Assembly: GCA_043823745.1 (NCBI GenBank) | Contig: JBDRAN010000056.1 | Coordinates: 5,144-69,143, forward strand | DNA length: 64,000 nt | DNA from: Candidatus Omnitrophota bacterium | GTDB taxonomy: Bacteria > Omnitrophota > Gorgyraeia > Duberdicusellales > 4484-171 | Reading direction: 5' to 3' | In this document: positions 48,154 to 57,609 of the stretch, piece by piece | Numbering within the stretch: the stretch's first letter is position 1 | Layout: every line of letters begins with the position of its first letter | The notes under the pieces: generated by a model | What the model was told of the DNA's origin: nothing | Databases searched by the model: none | Seen by the model: the letters and a program-made list of their open reading frames with translations, nothing else | Translations under genes and position numbers: made by a program

Positions 48154-51015
48154 ATGTTTAAGAACTTTTTTCTTGCCGGCTATCAGCGAAAGATCAACGT
48201 ACTCAAACCACCGGTTAACATTGTTCTCAATAAAGAATTACCGACACCCTCTCTGCGCGAGATTGTTCCGTTGGCGCGCCTGGTGGGCGCGGTTAATGGG
48301 TTTGAAGATGAACTTAAGGCGAAGCCGGACAGTTTTTTTAAGGAAAAGACCAATGAGTTTAAGAAGAAGATACAGGCCGAGATTGTTTCGGTCGAAAAAG
48401 AAAATTTGCGTGATGTGGTTAATAACGCGCTCTCAAGCGTCATGCCGTTTTATTTTGCTATGGTCCGGGAAGCAGCCCGGCGCACCATACGACTACGCCA
48501 TTTCGACGTACAAATTTTAGGCGGTATTATGCTTAATCGTAATAAGATCGCCGAGATGGTTACCGGTGAAGGAAAGACGCTGGCGGCGACGCTCCCGGCA
48601 TCTCTCAATGCCCTTGCCGGTCGCGGGGTGCACGTGGTTACGGTTAATGATTATCTTGCCAATCGTGATAGTGAATGGATGGGTCCCGTTTATGAGTTTT
48701 TGGGATTTTCCGTCGGTGTTATTCAGCAGGATATGGAAAAAGACGCACGTCATCAGGCGTATTCCTGTGATATTACCTATGGCACGAACAACGAGTTTGG
48801 CTTTGATTATCTGCGCGATAATATGGTTGCCAGTAAAGCGTCCATGGTGCAGCGCGGGCATTTCTTCGCAATTGTCGATGAAGTTGACTCGATTCTTGTC
48901 GATGAGGCGCGTACCCCACTCATTATCTCAGGCCCCGCCGAGGTTTCAGTTGATAAGTATTACCGCGCTGACCGCGCGATACGCCAGCTTAAAGTTAAAA
49001 GTGTCATTCAGAGCTTCGATAATAAAGATAATACGATTACCGTTAAAAATACCGATGGAAGCGAAGTGAGATTGCAACCGCAGGAGCTTGAAGAGAACTT
49101 TGATGCCGTCGTTGAAGAAAAGACCCACAATGCGTATCTGACTAATAGCGGCGAACATCGGTGCGAGAAGCTTTTGGGTGTCGCGAGCCTCGAAGAGCTT
49201 CCCGATAAATTTTCAAATCCATGGACTCATTACCTGACACAAGGGTTACGCGGCCACTATTTATTCCATGCCGAGCAAGAGTATATTGTGAAAGACGGTA
49301 AAGTTATTATTGTCGATGAATTCACGGGGCGTCTGATGCCCGGCAGGCGCTGGTCTGACGGGCTACACCAGGCGATTGAAGCAAAAGAGAACCTGCGTAT
49401 CCAGGAAGAAACGCAGACGCTGGCAACGGTTACGCTGCAGAATTATTTTCGTATGTACACAAAGCTTGCCGGCATGACCGGTACCGCGTATACCGAAGCC
49501 AATGAGTTTAGACATATTTATAATCTCGAAGTTGTGGCGATGCCTACCAATCGGGCCCTCATACGCCAGAATTTTCCTGACCGGATTTACAAAACCAAGA
49601 AGGGAAAATTTGAAGCGGTTATCGCGGAAATCGAGTCGCTTGCGGCCGCAAAAAGACCGACCCTGGTTGGCACTACCTCGATCGAAGATTCGGAAACTCT
49701 TTCGTTTCTCTTGCAGAAAAAAGGTATTGCTCATAATGTCCTTAATGCAAAATATCATGAGAAGGAAGCGCATATCGTCGCTCAGGCGGGGCGCCTTGGC
49801 CAGATCACTATCGCCACGAACATGGCCGGCCGCGGAACCGATATTATTTTGGGGGGTAATATTGATTTTTTTATTAAGGACCTCCTGAAGCGTAACAATA
49901 TCAATCCATATGATCTCGGTTATAAAGAAGAATATGAAAAGCTCTACGTGTCGAATAAAGAGAAATTTGACGCGGAGCATCGTCACGTTGTAGAGTTAGG
50001 AGGGATGCATATCCTTGGAACTCAGCGTCATGAAGCCAGGCGTATCGATAACCAGTTGCGAGGACGTTCCGGAAGGCAGGGCGATCCCGGCTCATCGCGC
50101 TTCTATGTTTCGCTTGAGGATGATCTAATGCGTCTTTTTGGCCTAGAGCGTATTTATGTTCTCATGGATCGTTTTGGTTTCCCGGAAAATACCGTGATTG
50201 AGCATCCGATCGTCAATCGTTCCCTTGAGATAGCGCAAAAACGCGTGGAGGCGCACAATTTTGAAATTAGAAAGCAGCTTTTGGAGTACGATAACGTGAT
50301 GAATAAACAGCGAGAAGTTATTTATGGTCAGCGTCAGGATATTTTGGAGAAGCCGAGCATCAAAGACGAAATTCTGGATATGATTAGTGAAGTTATCGAA
50401 AAAAATGTCCCTGTGTATTTTGAGGATGAGCGGAACCTTCTTGGTCTTACGCATTGGCTAAAACAGAAGTTTGACCTTGAGATCGTTTCGCATGCATTGA
50501 GCGATATCAATGTTGAGCAGGCACAAGAACTTATCGCGCAGAAGGTCGCGTCGGCATATGAAACGCGGGAGCAGGAATTTTCCTCCGCGGTAATGCGCGA
50601 GATGGAGCGTTCAGTTGCGCTTTCGGTGGTGGATAGCCGTTGGAAAGAGCATTTATTGGTCATGGACGCGCTCAAAGAGGGGATTGGTTTGCGTGGCTAT
50701 GCTCAGACTGATCCGTTGGTTGAATACCAGAAAGAAACGTATACCGCATTCAATGAGATGATTGCTTCTATCAAGGAAGGCATTGTTGATCTTATTTTTA
50801 AGATTCGTTTGGCCGCTCCCACAACCACAACGGTTTTTTCCGAAACACCCCAGAACCTAGTACATTCACAATACTCTCCGCTTGAAAAAGAAGCTTCTGC
50901 TAAGCCCTCCACGCCCGTTTCCGGATCCGCAACCCATACTGAGAAGAAAGTTGGTCGTAACGAACCATGTCCTTGTGGTAGCGGTAAGAAATACAAAAAG
51001 TGTTGTGGTCAATGA
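48154..51015 (+). CDS. secA: Preprotein translocase ATPase SecA.
   Basis: DEAD-like motor motifs and a C-terminal zinc finger CPCGSGKKYKKCCG, 953 aa. Confidence 0.95.
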   Translation: MFKNFFLAGYQRKINVLKPPVNIVLNKELPTPSLREIVPLARLVGAVNGFEDELKAKPDSFFKEKTNEFKKKIQAEIVSVEKENLRDVVNNALSSVMPFYFAMVREAARRTIRLRHFDVQILGGIMLNRNKIAEMVTGEGKTLAATLPASLNALAGRGVHVVTVNDYLANRDSEWMGPVYEFLGFSVGVIQQDMEKDARHQAYSCDITYGTNNEFGFDYLRDNMVASKASMVQRGHFFAIVDEVDSILVDEARTPLIISGPAEVSVDKYYRADRAIRQLKVKSVIQSFDNKDNTITVKNTDGSEVRLQPQELEENFDAVVEEKTHNAYLTNSGEHRCEKLLGVASLEELPDKFSNPWTHYLTQGLRGHYLFHAEQEYIVKDGKVIIVDEFTGRLMPGRRWSDGLHQAIEAKENLRIQEETQTLATVTLQNYFRMYTKLAGMTGTAYTEANEFRHIYNLEVVAMPTNRALIRQNFPDRIYKTKKGKFEAVIAEIESLAAAKRPTLVGTTSIEDSETLSFLLQKKGIAHNVLNAKYHEKEAHIVAQAGRLGQITIATNMAGRGTDIILGGNIDFFIKDLLKRNNINPYDLGYKEEYEKLYVSNKEKFDAEHRHVVELGGMHILGTQRHEARRIDNQLRGRSGRQGDPGSSRFYVSLEDDLMRLFGLERIYVLMDRFGFPENTVIEHPIVNRSLEIAQKRVEAHNFEIRKQLLEYDNVMNKQREVIYGQRQDILEKPSIKDEILDMISEVIEKNVPVYFEDERNLLGLTHWLKQKFDLEIVSHALSDINVEQAQELIAQKVASAYETREQEFSSAVMREMERSVALSVVDSRWKEHLLVMDALKEGIGLRGYAQTDPLVEYQKETYTAFNEMIASIKEGIVDLIFKIRLAAPTTTTVFSETPQNLVHSQYSPLEKEASAKPSTPVSGSATHTEKKVGRNEPCPCGSGKKYKKCCGQ

Positions 51016-51016
51016 T

Positions 51017-52498
51017 ATGCGTTGCGTAACTATCTCTCGGCCCGCGGGCGTTTTTTTTGCCGTCGCTATCTTTTCCGGTCTGATCAGCGCGCTCAGTTTT
51101 GACTTTTCCGGAGGGTGGTTTTTTGTATGGTTTTCGTTGGTGCCATTGCTCTGGATTATTGATACCGCGCCCTTTAAAGTTTCCTTTGTGGGGAGCCTGA
51201 TCTTTGGGTTTGTTTTTCATGTCGCGGTAATTTTCTGGGTTACCCGCGTAACGGTCCCGGGCGCCATCGTACTCTTTATCTACCTCACTCTTTATGGCGG
51301 ACTATTTTGTATTCTGGGCCGGTATTTTTTGAAAAGACCGTTTGCTCTTGTTACCGTACCTGCCGCCTGGGTTTTGCTTGAGTTCCTGCAGGAGAATATC
51401 TGGTGTGGGTTTGGCTGGGCCAATCTCGGATATTCGCAGTATCAGAATCTCTGGCTTGTTCAGCCAGCCGATATTTTTGGCGTCAAATGTGTTTCGTTCC
51501 TTATCGTTATGGCAAATGTTCTCATGTATGAGCGTATGCGCTCGCGCATACGATTCCGCCGCGCGCTCCCGGTGGTTTGCGTAATTATATTTTCTTGCTG
51601 CCTGTATTCGGCATTTCGGCGCGCTACGCCGGGAACCGTTCGCCCTCTTGATGTTACCGTGGTCCAACCCAATATTACGGAGGAGTATAAATGGGATGAG
51701 GGTCTGCAGGCGCAGGCCATCAGGAAACTGAGGCACTTGTCTGCGCAATCATCGGCATCGTCGCTTGTGATTTATCCTGAAGCAGCGTGGCCGCGCGTCG
51801 TGGATGAAAAAAATTTTAAGGAACTTGAAAGTTTTATTCAAGCCTCCGGCCGGTACAGCCTTATTGGCGCAGTTGCCAAACGGCGCAATGCGTTTTATAA
51901 TACTGCATTGTTCTTTGACGCTCGCGGCAGGCTCCTTGACTCGTATGATAAAATCAGGCTTGTGCCTTTCGGTGAGTATATTCCCTGGCGTAGGTTTCTT
52001 GGTTTTATCAGCGCGATAAATTCCTTAGGTGATTTAACCAGGGGAACGAGAGAGACAATTTTTAACTACCGTGGCGCGCGATTTTCGGTTCTTATCTGTT
52101 TTGAGGACGTTCTTCCGGTGTTCGCCGCCCGCTTCGCATCCGGAAATGATTTTCTGGTTAATATCACCAACGATGACTGGTTCGGCGGCCAGCCACAGGC
52201 GCGTCAGCACTACGGTATTATGATCTTTCGCGCTATTGAAAATAGAATTCCAATTGTTCGGGCCGCCAATACCGGTGTAAGCGGCTGGGTAACGTGCCGT
52301 GGCGAGGTTGAGGTTTTAAAAAAATCAGGAAGAGAGATATTAATCGATGGCACGCAGATGTTTACGATCTTGCTCAAGCGCCAACGCAGTTTCTATACCG
52401 CATTTCCTGAATTATTTCCATTCTTGTGCGGCATTGGATTGCTCATCGTACTGGCGCGGCTGAATACCGGCAGTCATCGCGCTAAAAAAGAGGGATGA
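51017..52498 (+). CDS. lnt: Apolipoprotein N-acyltransferase.
   Basis: N-terminal TM region plus a CN-hydrolase domain (...VLICFEDV...). The start is placed just after the secA stop. Confidence 0.8.
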   Translation: MRCVTISRPAGVFFAVAIFSGLISALSFDFSGGWFFVWFSLVPLLWIIDTAPFKVSFVGSLIFGFVFHVAVIFWVTRVTVPGAIVLFIYLTLYGGLFCILGRYFLKRPFALVTVPAAWVLLEFLQENIWCGFGWANLGYSQYQNLWLVQPADIFGVKCVSFLIVMANVLMYERMRSRIRFRRALPVVCVIIFSCCLYSAFRRATPGTVRPLDVTVVQPNITEEYKWDEGLQAQAIRKLRHLSAQSSASSLVIYPEAAWPRVVDEKNFKELESFIQASGRYSLIGAVAKRRNAFYNTALFFDARGRLLDSYDKIRLVPFGEYIPWRRFLGFISAINSLGDLTRGTRETIFNYRGARFSVLICFEDVLPVFAARFASGNDFLVNITNDDWFGGQPQARQHYGIMIFRAIENRIPIVRAANTGVSGWVTCRGEVEVLKKSGREILIDGTQMFTILLKRQRSFYTAFPELFPFLCGIGLLIVLARLNTGSHRAKKEG

Positions 52499-52552
52499 TT
52501 TGTAAAATATAGGATACCGGTGCGTGCGTTGGCGTAAACCGGCAACGCGGAT

Positions 52553-53059
52553 GTGGAGGAGGGAGCCGCCATGAAGACTGAACTACTCACGGTCACCGTA
52601 AAAAACCCCGAGAATCTCAATATTATTATCGGGCAGTCTCACTTTATTAAAACGGTTGAGGATGTTCATGAGACCATCGTTACGACGGTGCCTGCGGCGA
52701 AATTCGGTTTCGCGTTTTGCGAATCGTCCGGCAAATGTTTGGTGCGTGTAACCGGTAACGATCAGGAGCTTCAGCACCTTGCGGCTTCCAATGCTCAAAC
52801 CATCGGATGCGGCCATAGCTTTTTTCTCATTATAAAAGACGCATTCCCGATCAATATTCTTAATCAGATCAAAAATATTCCCGAAGTCTGCCGGATTTTT
52901 TGCGCGACAGCAAATCCTGTTGAAGTAATCGTCGCCGTAACCGGCCAGGGAAAAGGTATTATGGGGGTTATTGACGGCTCATCACCCGCAGGCATTGAGG
53001 GCCCTGCGGATGTTATCTGGAGGAAGGAATTTTTAAGGAAAATCGGATATAAATTATAA
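52553..53059 (+). CDS. Conserved hypothetical protein, possibly from the 'adenosine-specific kinase' (PF04008-like) family.
   Basis: Family call from memory only, 160-168 aa. Confidence 0.35.
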   Translation: MEEGAAMKTELLTVTVKNPENLNIIIGQSHFIKTVEDVHETIVTTVPAAKFGFAFCESSGKCLVRVTGNDQELQHLAASNAQTIGCGHSFFLIIKDAFPINILNQIKNIPEVCRIFCATANPVEVIVAVTGQGKGIMGVIDGSSPAGIEGPADVIWRKEFLRKIGYKL

Positions 53060-53063
53060 ATTC

Positions 53064-54014
53064 GTGCAGGTCGCTATGGATAAGGAACAAAAAAAGATCA
53101 TACAACGAAAACTCGGATTTTCAGCCCTGCGGCTTTTTGTGTTTATTAATGGGCTGCTTCCGTTGCACTTCAGCTATATCCTGGGTAGCTTTTTGGGAAG
53201 GCTTGCCTATGTATGCGTCGGTCGGCATCGCCGCGTTGCCTTAGAGGGTCTTGCGGTCGCGTTTCCCCGGGCTAGCCTCGCTCAGAAGAGAAAAATAGCC
53301 CGCGATTTTTTTATCTTTCTAGCCCAAGGGGCGCTTGAAATGTTTTATTTCCTGCGTAATCCTTCCGCGCTCACCCAGGTGACAATTAAAGGAAAAGAAC
53401 ATTTAGATCAAGCCCTGGCACAAGGCTCCGGGGTTATCATGGTAACCGGGCATATCGGTAATTTTCCTCTTATGAGCCTTAAGCTTGTCCAGGCCGGATA
53501 TACCGTCAACTTTATTACCGCGCGCATGCGCGATGAGCAGGCGGGTAATTATCTTTATACGTTGCGTTCGAACTCAGGCGTCAAAACCATTTTTTCTCAG
53601 CCGCGCCGGGAATGCGTTCTTGAGATTACCAAGGCGCTTCGCGATAATGAGATTGTAATTATGCAAATGGATCAAAATTTCGGCACGGGCGGCGTATGGG
53701 TAAAGTTTTTCGGCACGCTCGCCGCAACACCGACAGGACCCGTAACGCTTGGATTGCGCACTCATGCCGCGGTCGTTCCCGCTTATATTTATCGGGAAGG
53801 AGAAGGAAAGCACAGCGTAAGGATTTTCCCTCAAGAAAAACTTGTTTGCCTGGAAGATAAAGATGAAACCGTTCTGCGAAATGTGGCGCAGCTTACGCGT
53901 ATTATCGAGACGTGGGTCAGGGAATATCCTGCGCAGTGGGGATGGATACATCGGCGTTGGAAAAGCCGCCCTTCGGACAAAATAGCGCGCGCAAAATTCA
54001 AAATAGAGTCATAG
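53064..54014 (+). CDS. Lipid A biosynthesis (Kdo2-lipid IVA) acyltransferase, LpxL/LpxM family.
   Basis: N-terminal TM anchor, VIMVTGHIGNF acyltransferase block, 316 aa, in an lnt/lpx neighbourhood. Confidence 0.7.
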   Translation: MQVAMDKEQKKIIQRKLGFSALRLFVFINGLLPLHFSYILGSFLGRLAYVCVGRHRRVALEGLAVAFPRASLAQKRKIARDFFIFLAQGALEMFYFLRNPSALTQVTIKGKEHLDQALAQGSGVIMVTGHIGNFPLMSLKLVQAGYTVNFITARMRDEQAGNYLYTLRSNSGVKTIFSQPRRECVLEITKALRDNEIVIMQMDQNFGTGGVWVKFFGTLAATPTGPVTLGLRTHAAVVPAYIYREGEGKHSVRIFPQEKLVCLEDKDETVLRNVAQLTRIIETWVREYPAQWGWIHRRWKSRPSDKIARAKFKIES

Positions 54015-54185
54015 GCACCCCGCCAAGGGCACTGTTATCAGTTTATGTGCGGTTTGTCATGCGTCGTGTGCGCCTGGCTGCGGAATAATTCGTATTTCAA
54101 GTTTATCAGAAAGATATTGCAATAATTTTTCCCTCTGATACAATTTTTTTAAGTATAATAATGGTAACGTATGTGACAATGAAGA

Positions 54186-55160
54186 GTGCACGGGATGAAA
54201 AATAAATATTCTATCGGTATTGGGCTTAATCTTTTTGACGCGCGCGCAATTCTTTTGCGCGACGATCGTAAGGTTATTATCGAAATAGAAAAGAAGCGCG
54301 AGCACGTGAACGCTAACGAAACTATCGCAGTCTTACTCGATCTCTTTGAGGGCATCGTCTCCAAGGCTAAGCAGTACAAAGAGTGCATTGAGGGCGTAGG
54401 GCTCGCACTCGGTGGTATCGTCGATAACACAAAGGGGGTAGTACATTGGCCCCAGAAACATAACTCCTCGTATACCTATATATCGGTCCCCCTTAAAACC
54501 TACCTCGAAAAGAAGTTTGGTTTTCCCGTAACGCTTGAGAACGATGCTAATGGCTGTGCCTGGGCTGAGTATACCAGTCATTTTCCTAAAAGTAGAAATT
54601 TGGTGTATATGTTCTCCGGGGTTGGCTGTGGTATTGTTGTTGACGGGCATCTGTATAGGGGTAAAAACGGCGGGGCAGGGGAGCTTTTTATCAATCAGCA
54701 AAAAATGATGAGCTCAAGCTTGGGTGAGTTCAAATTCTTACGTCAGTGGCCGGTCGATTTAGGTATGGTCAAGCGCGCCAAGGAATTGATATCGCGGGGT
54801 AGAGTGAGCTCTTTAATTAAAAAAATAACGTCAACCGGAGATTTGGCGCTGGCCGATATTTTCGCCGAAGGCGCGAAGAAGGATAAACTTTCCCGGGAGG
54901 TTCTTAAGGAAGCAGCGTTTTCGTTAGGCGTCAAAATTGCATTTCTGACAAATCTTCTTAACCCCGAAGTCGTCGTTATCGGCGGTGGACTTGAGGCAGC
55001 CGGCGAAGTATTCTTAGATGAATGTTCCGATACGGTTAAAAGTTTTGCTTTTAGCGAAATGCGCAGCAATTTAAAGATTGTGGCATCGCAGACCGGTAAG
55101 AACGCAACATCGTTGGGTGCCGCAGCGATTATTTTTAGAGAAAAATCTTTACAAGAATAG
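54186..55160 (+). CDS. ROK-family sugar kinase or regulator.
   Basis: ROK signature LENDANGCAWAE and a Gly-rich ATP-binding region. Confidence 0.8.
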   Translation: MHGMKNKYSIGIGLNLFDARAILLRDDRKVIIEIEKKREHVNANETIAVLLDLFEGIVSKAKQYKECIEGVGLALGGIVDNTKGVVHWPQKHNSSYTYISVPLKTYLEKKFGFPVTLENDANGCAWAEYTSHFPKSRNLVYMFSGVGCGIVVDGHLYRGKNGGAGELFINQQKMMSSSLGEFKFLRQWPVDLGMVKRAKELISRGRVSSLIKKITSTGDLALADIFAEGAKKDKLSREVLKEAAFSLGVKIAFLTNLLNPEVVVIGGGLEAAGEVFLDECSDTVKSFAFSEMRSNLKIVASQTGKNATSLGAAAIIFREKSLQE

Positions 55161-55194
55161 TTTCTATGTTATAATACAGAAAAAGGGAGGTGGT

Positions 55195-56373
55195 ATGGAT
55201 AAGTCCAAGATAATTCCTATCATTCTACTTGTTATCATTTTGGTTGTTGGGTATTTTGCTTTTACTTTTTATACCGCGAATAAAGCGTTGACCGATGAAA
55301 AGCTTAAATTGGAGGACACAAACAAACGTCTCTTCCAAGAAAGAAGCGATTTTGAGAGCCGCGCTGTAAAGCTGGACGCTGAGAACAGAGAACTTGCTGC
55401 CAAGCAGGAAGAAGTTCAAAGAGAATTAACGCGCGTCGAAAGTGAACGCGCTACGCTTCAGAAGAAATATGATGATGTCTCCCAGCAGCGCGATGCGCTC
55501 GTTGAGAAACTAAAATCAAAGTCAACCGTTACGGCAACCGATAGGCCTGAGTCTCCTGATGCGGGGATGCCTTCCGTGCCAAACTCTGATGAATACTGGA
55601 TCGATTTCGTGAAGACGAAAGCCAAGCTTGAGGCACAGGTCGATTCTTTGAATAAGGACATGCTAGACGCTAAGAATAAATTGGCAGGGATGGATAAAGA
55701 GGCCAAAGAATTAAGCATTAAGATCGATGAGCTTACGAAAGAAAAAGAGCGTCTTGCGAATGATATCAGTTTCAAGGAAAGGACGTTAAGCATTATGAGT
55801 CGCGATCTGGTGACCGAACGCGAAGGAAGAAAGATTGCGATTGAAGAGCTTAATAAGCTTCGCTCAGAAAATGTAACCTTAAAGCGCGAGCTGATCATGG
55901 GCAATAAAGAGAAGATGCAGCTGCAGACCGCGATGAAGGATACGCTTGAGAAGAAAGATTCGCTTGAGAAGCGCATCGGAGAGATAGACCGGGTATTGCG
56001 CGAAAAAGCAATTACGCTTGAGGAACTTCAGGAGCAGATGAAAACCGCAGTAAAAGGCGGTAAAGCAGTTATTGCGCGTGAGTCTGCGTCCGTTGAGCTT
56101 CCACCGATCGTAGTTAAGCCCGGCGTCGCCTCAGGTTTACGAGGCATCAAGGGTGAGACGATTGCGGTTAACGAAGAAGAGAAATTTATTATTGTTAACC
56201 TCGGAGAAGCGTCAGGAGTAAGACCGGGAGTCCAAATGGCAGTCTTGCGCGGTGACAGAGAAATCGGTACTGTTGAAATCATCGAGACGCGTAGAGATAT
56301 TTCGGCCGCTGACATTAGAGAGGTTGTTTCAGGCTTTACGATTCAAAAAGGCGATCTCGTTGTTAGTAAATAA
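55195..56373 (+). CDS. Membrane-anchored coiled-coil protein with a C-terminal beta-rich domain (hypothetical).
   Basis: GGGAGG SD, one TM helix, about 280 aa of heptad-rich sequence. Confidence 0.55.
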   Translation: MDKSKIIPIILLVIILVVGYFAFTFYTANKALTDEKLKLEDTNKRLFQERSDFESRAVKLDAENRELAAKQEEVQRELTRVESERATLQKKYDDVSQQRDALVEKLKSKSTVTATDRPESPDAGMPSVPNSDEYWIDFVKTKAKLEAQVDSLNKDMLDAKNKLAGMDKEAKELSIKIDELTKEKERLANDISFKERTLSIMSRDLVTEREGRKIAIEELNKLRSENVTLKRELIMGNKEKMQLQTAMKDTLEKKDSLEKRIGEIDRVLREKAITLEELQEQMKTAVKGGKAVIARESASVELPPIVVKPGVASGLRGIKGETIAVNEEEKFIIVNLGEASGVRPGVQMAVLRGDREIGTVEIIETRRDISAADIREVVSGFTIQKGDLVVSK

Positions 56374-56435
56374 TAACGCTCGCGGGTTTTTAGCCTCAGG
56401 GCAGCATAGAAAATAATACTCGGGCTAAACGTGAG

Positions 56436-57461
56436 TTGACAACTATTAGCGGGGCATGCTACGTGTCCTCTTCCAATAAAATAACCATCAAAGAAGTCGC
56501 TCAGCGTGCCGGCGTTTCTATCGCAACGGTATCTCGTTACCTCAATAATCCTTCCTCACTCAAAGAAGAAAACCGCCGTAAAGTAGAAAAAATCGCTAAG
56601 GAAGCTAATTATCAACCCCTCATGTATGCCCGCCGGCTTGCCGGGGGAAAGCTTAATACGTTTGGCTTGGTTATTCCCGGCTATGAGGATATATTCTATT
56701 CTTTTTACGCTCTAGAAATTATCCGCGGCGTAGGGATGGCACTGGACAAAGAAGATCTTGATCTGCACTTGCATATTTACAGCGGTAAAGATACCTTTAA
56801 GACCTCATTAATCGACGGCGCAATCTTTGCCGATATTATCGGCAACGAGAAGCAAGTGGCGCGTCTTGTTAAAGAAGAATTCCCCGTAGTTGTTATAAAC
56901 CACGCGATAGAGGATCCCGAGATCAGCTCTGTTGCGATTAATAATTTTAAGGGGGCATACGAAGCGACTGAATTTTTGATACATCATGGCCATAAAATTG
57001 TAGCGCATCTTGCCGGCGACCAGCGTGTGCAGTGTGCCAGTGACCGTCTCCAGGGTTACAAGGCGGCGCTCAAAAAAGGCAATATTGATTTACACAACGA
57101 CTACATTAAGGTGACCAATTTTTCCCGTAAAGAAGCACGGGAGAAGCTTGAGGAGCTCTTTAGCCTTAAAAATCCTCCCACCGCAATTTTCTGCTGTAGC
57201 GATGAAGTAGCGAGCGAGGTTCTCGCGTATGCGGAAGAGAAGCGTATCAATATTCCTAAAGACCTAAGCGTTGTCGGCTTTGATGATAATCCGCATTGTC
57301 TCTATGGGAACTTGATGCTTACGACCGTCAGACAGCCTGTTTTAAAAATGGCATCGTTGGGAGTGGAAATCTTACGCGATATAGTCAAGAAAAAGAAAAC
57401 TCCGCAGAAAATTACTCTTGAAACGGAGCTTATCGTTCGAGACACGGTTAATTTCTTATAA
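56436..57461 (+). CDS. LacI-family transcriptional regulator (a GTG start at 56463 is possible).
   Basis: HTH ITIKEVAQRAGVSIATVSRYLN plus a periplasmic-binding-fold domain. Confidence 0.8.
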   Translation: MTTISGACYVSSSNKITIKEVAQRAGVSIATVSRYLNNPSSLKEENRRKVEKIAKEANYQPLMYARRLAGGKLNTFGLVIPGYEDIFYSFYALEIIRGVGMALDKEDLDLHLHIYSGKDTFKTSLIDGAIFADIIGNEKQVARLVKEEFPVVVINHAIEDPEISSVAINNFKGAYEATEFLIHHGHKIVAHLAGDQRVQCASDRLQGYKAALKKGNIDLHNDYIKVTNFSRKEAREKLEELFSLKNPPTAIFCCSDEVASEVLAYAEEKRINIPKDLSVVGFDDNPHCLYGNLMLTTVRQPVLKMASLGVEILRDIVKKKKTPQKITLETELIVRDTVNFL

Positions 57462-57504
57462 CAATATATTGTAGTGGCCGTCACGCGACACACAATATAT
57501 GGTA
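57461..57504. promoter_or_regulatory. Two NrdR boxes: ACAATATATTGT (57461-57472) and ACACAATATATGGT (57489-57503). They sit just upstream of and abutting the nrdJ promoter.
   Basis: Tandem palindromes of the known NrdR consensus (acaCwAtATaTwGtgt), spaced about 28 bp apart, upstream of a ribonucleotide reductase gene. Confidence 0.7.
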
Positions 57505-57510
57505 TTTTTC

Positions 57511-57539
57511 TTGACAGAAATTCACCTACGTGGTATAAA
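57511..57539 (+). promoter_or_regulatory. Sigma70-type promoter for nrdJ: TTGACA, 17-nt spacer, TATAAA.
   Basis: -35 at 57511-57516 and -10 at 57534-57539, about 70 nt upstream of the ATG. Confidence 0.6.
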
Positions 57540-57609
57540 AAAGCGTTCCGTATTTTTCGCTTATAAAATTTTCTAAACTTCTTCATAAAGCGCGAAAGGA
57601 AGGTCGAAC

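Noticed and set aside
50882-51016. The 5' extension of the lnt ORF overlaps the secA 3' end.
   Set aside because: The extension translates out of frame through the secA zinc-finger region. An ATG at 51017, right after the secA stop, gives the canonical Lnt N-terminal TM region.
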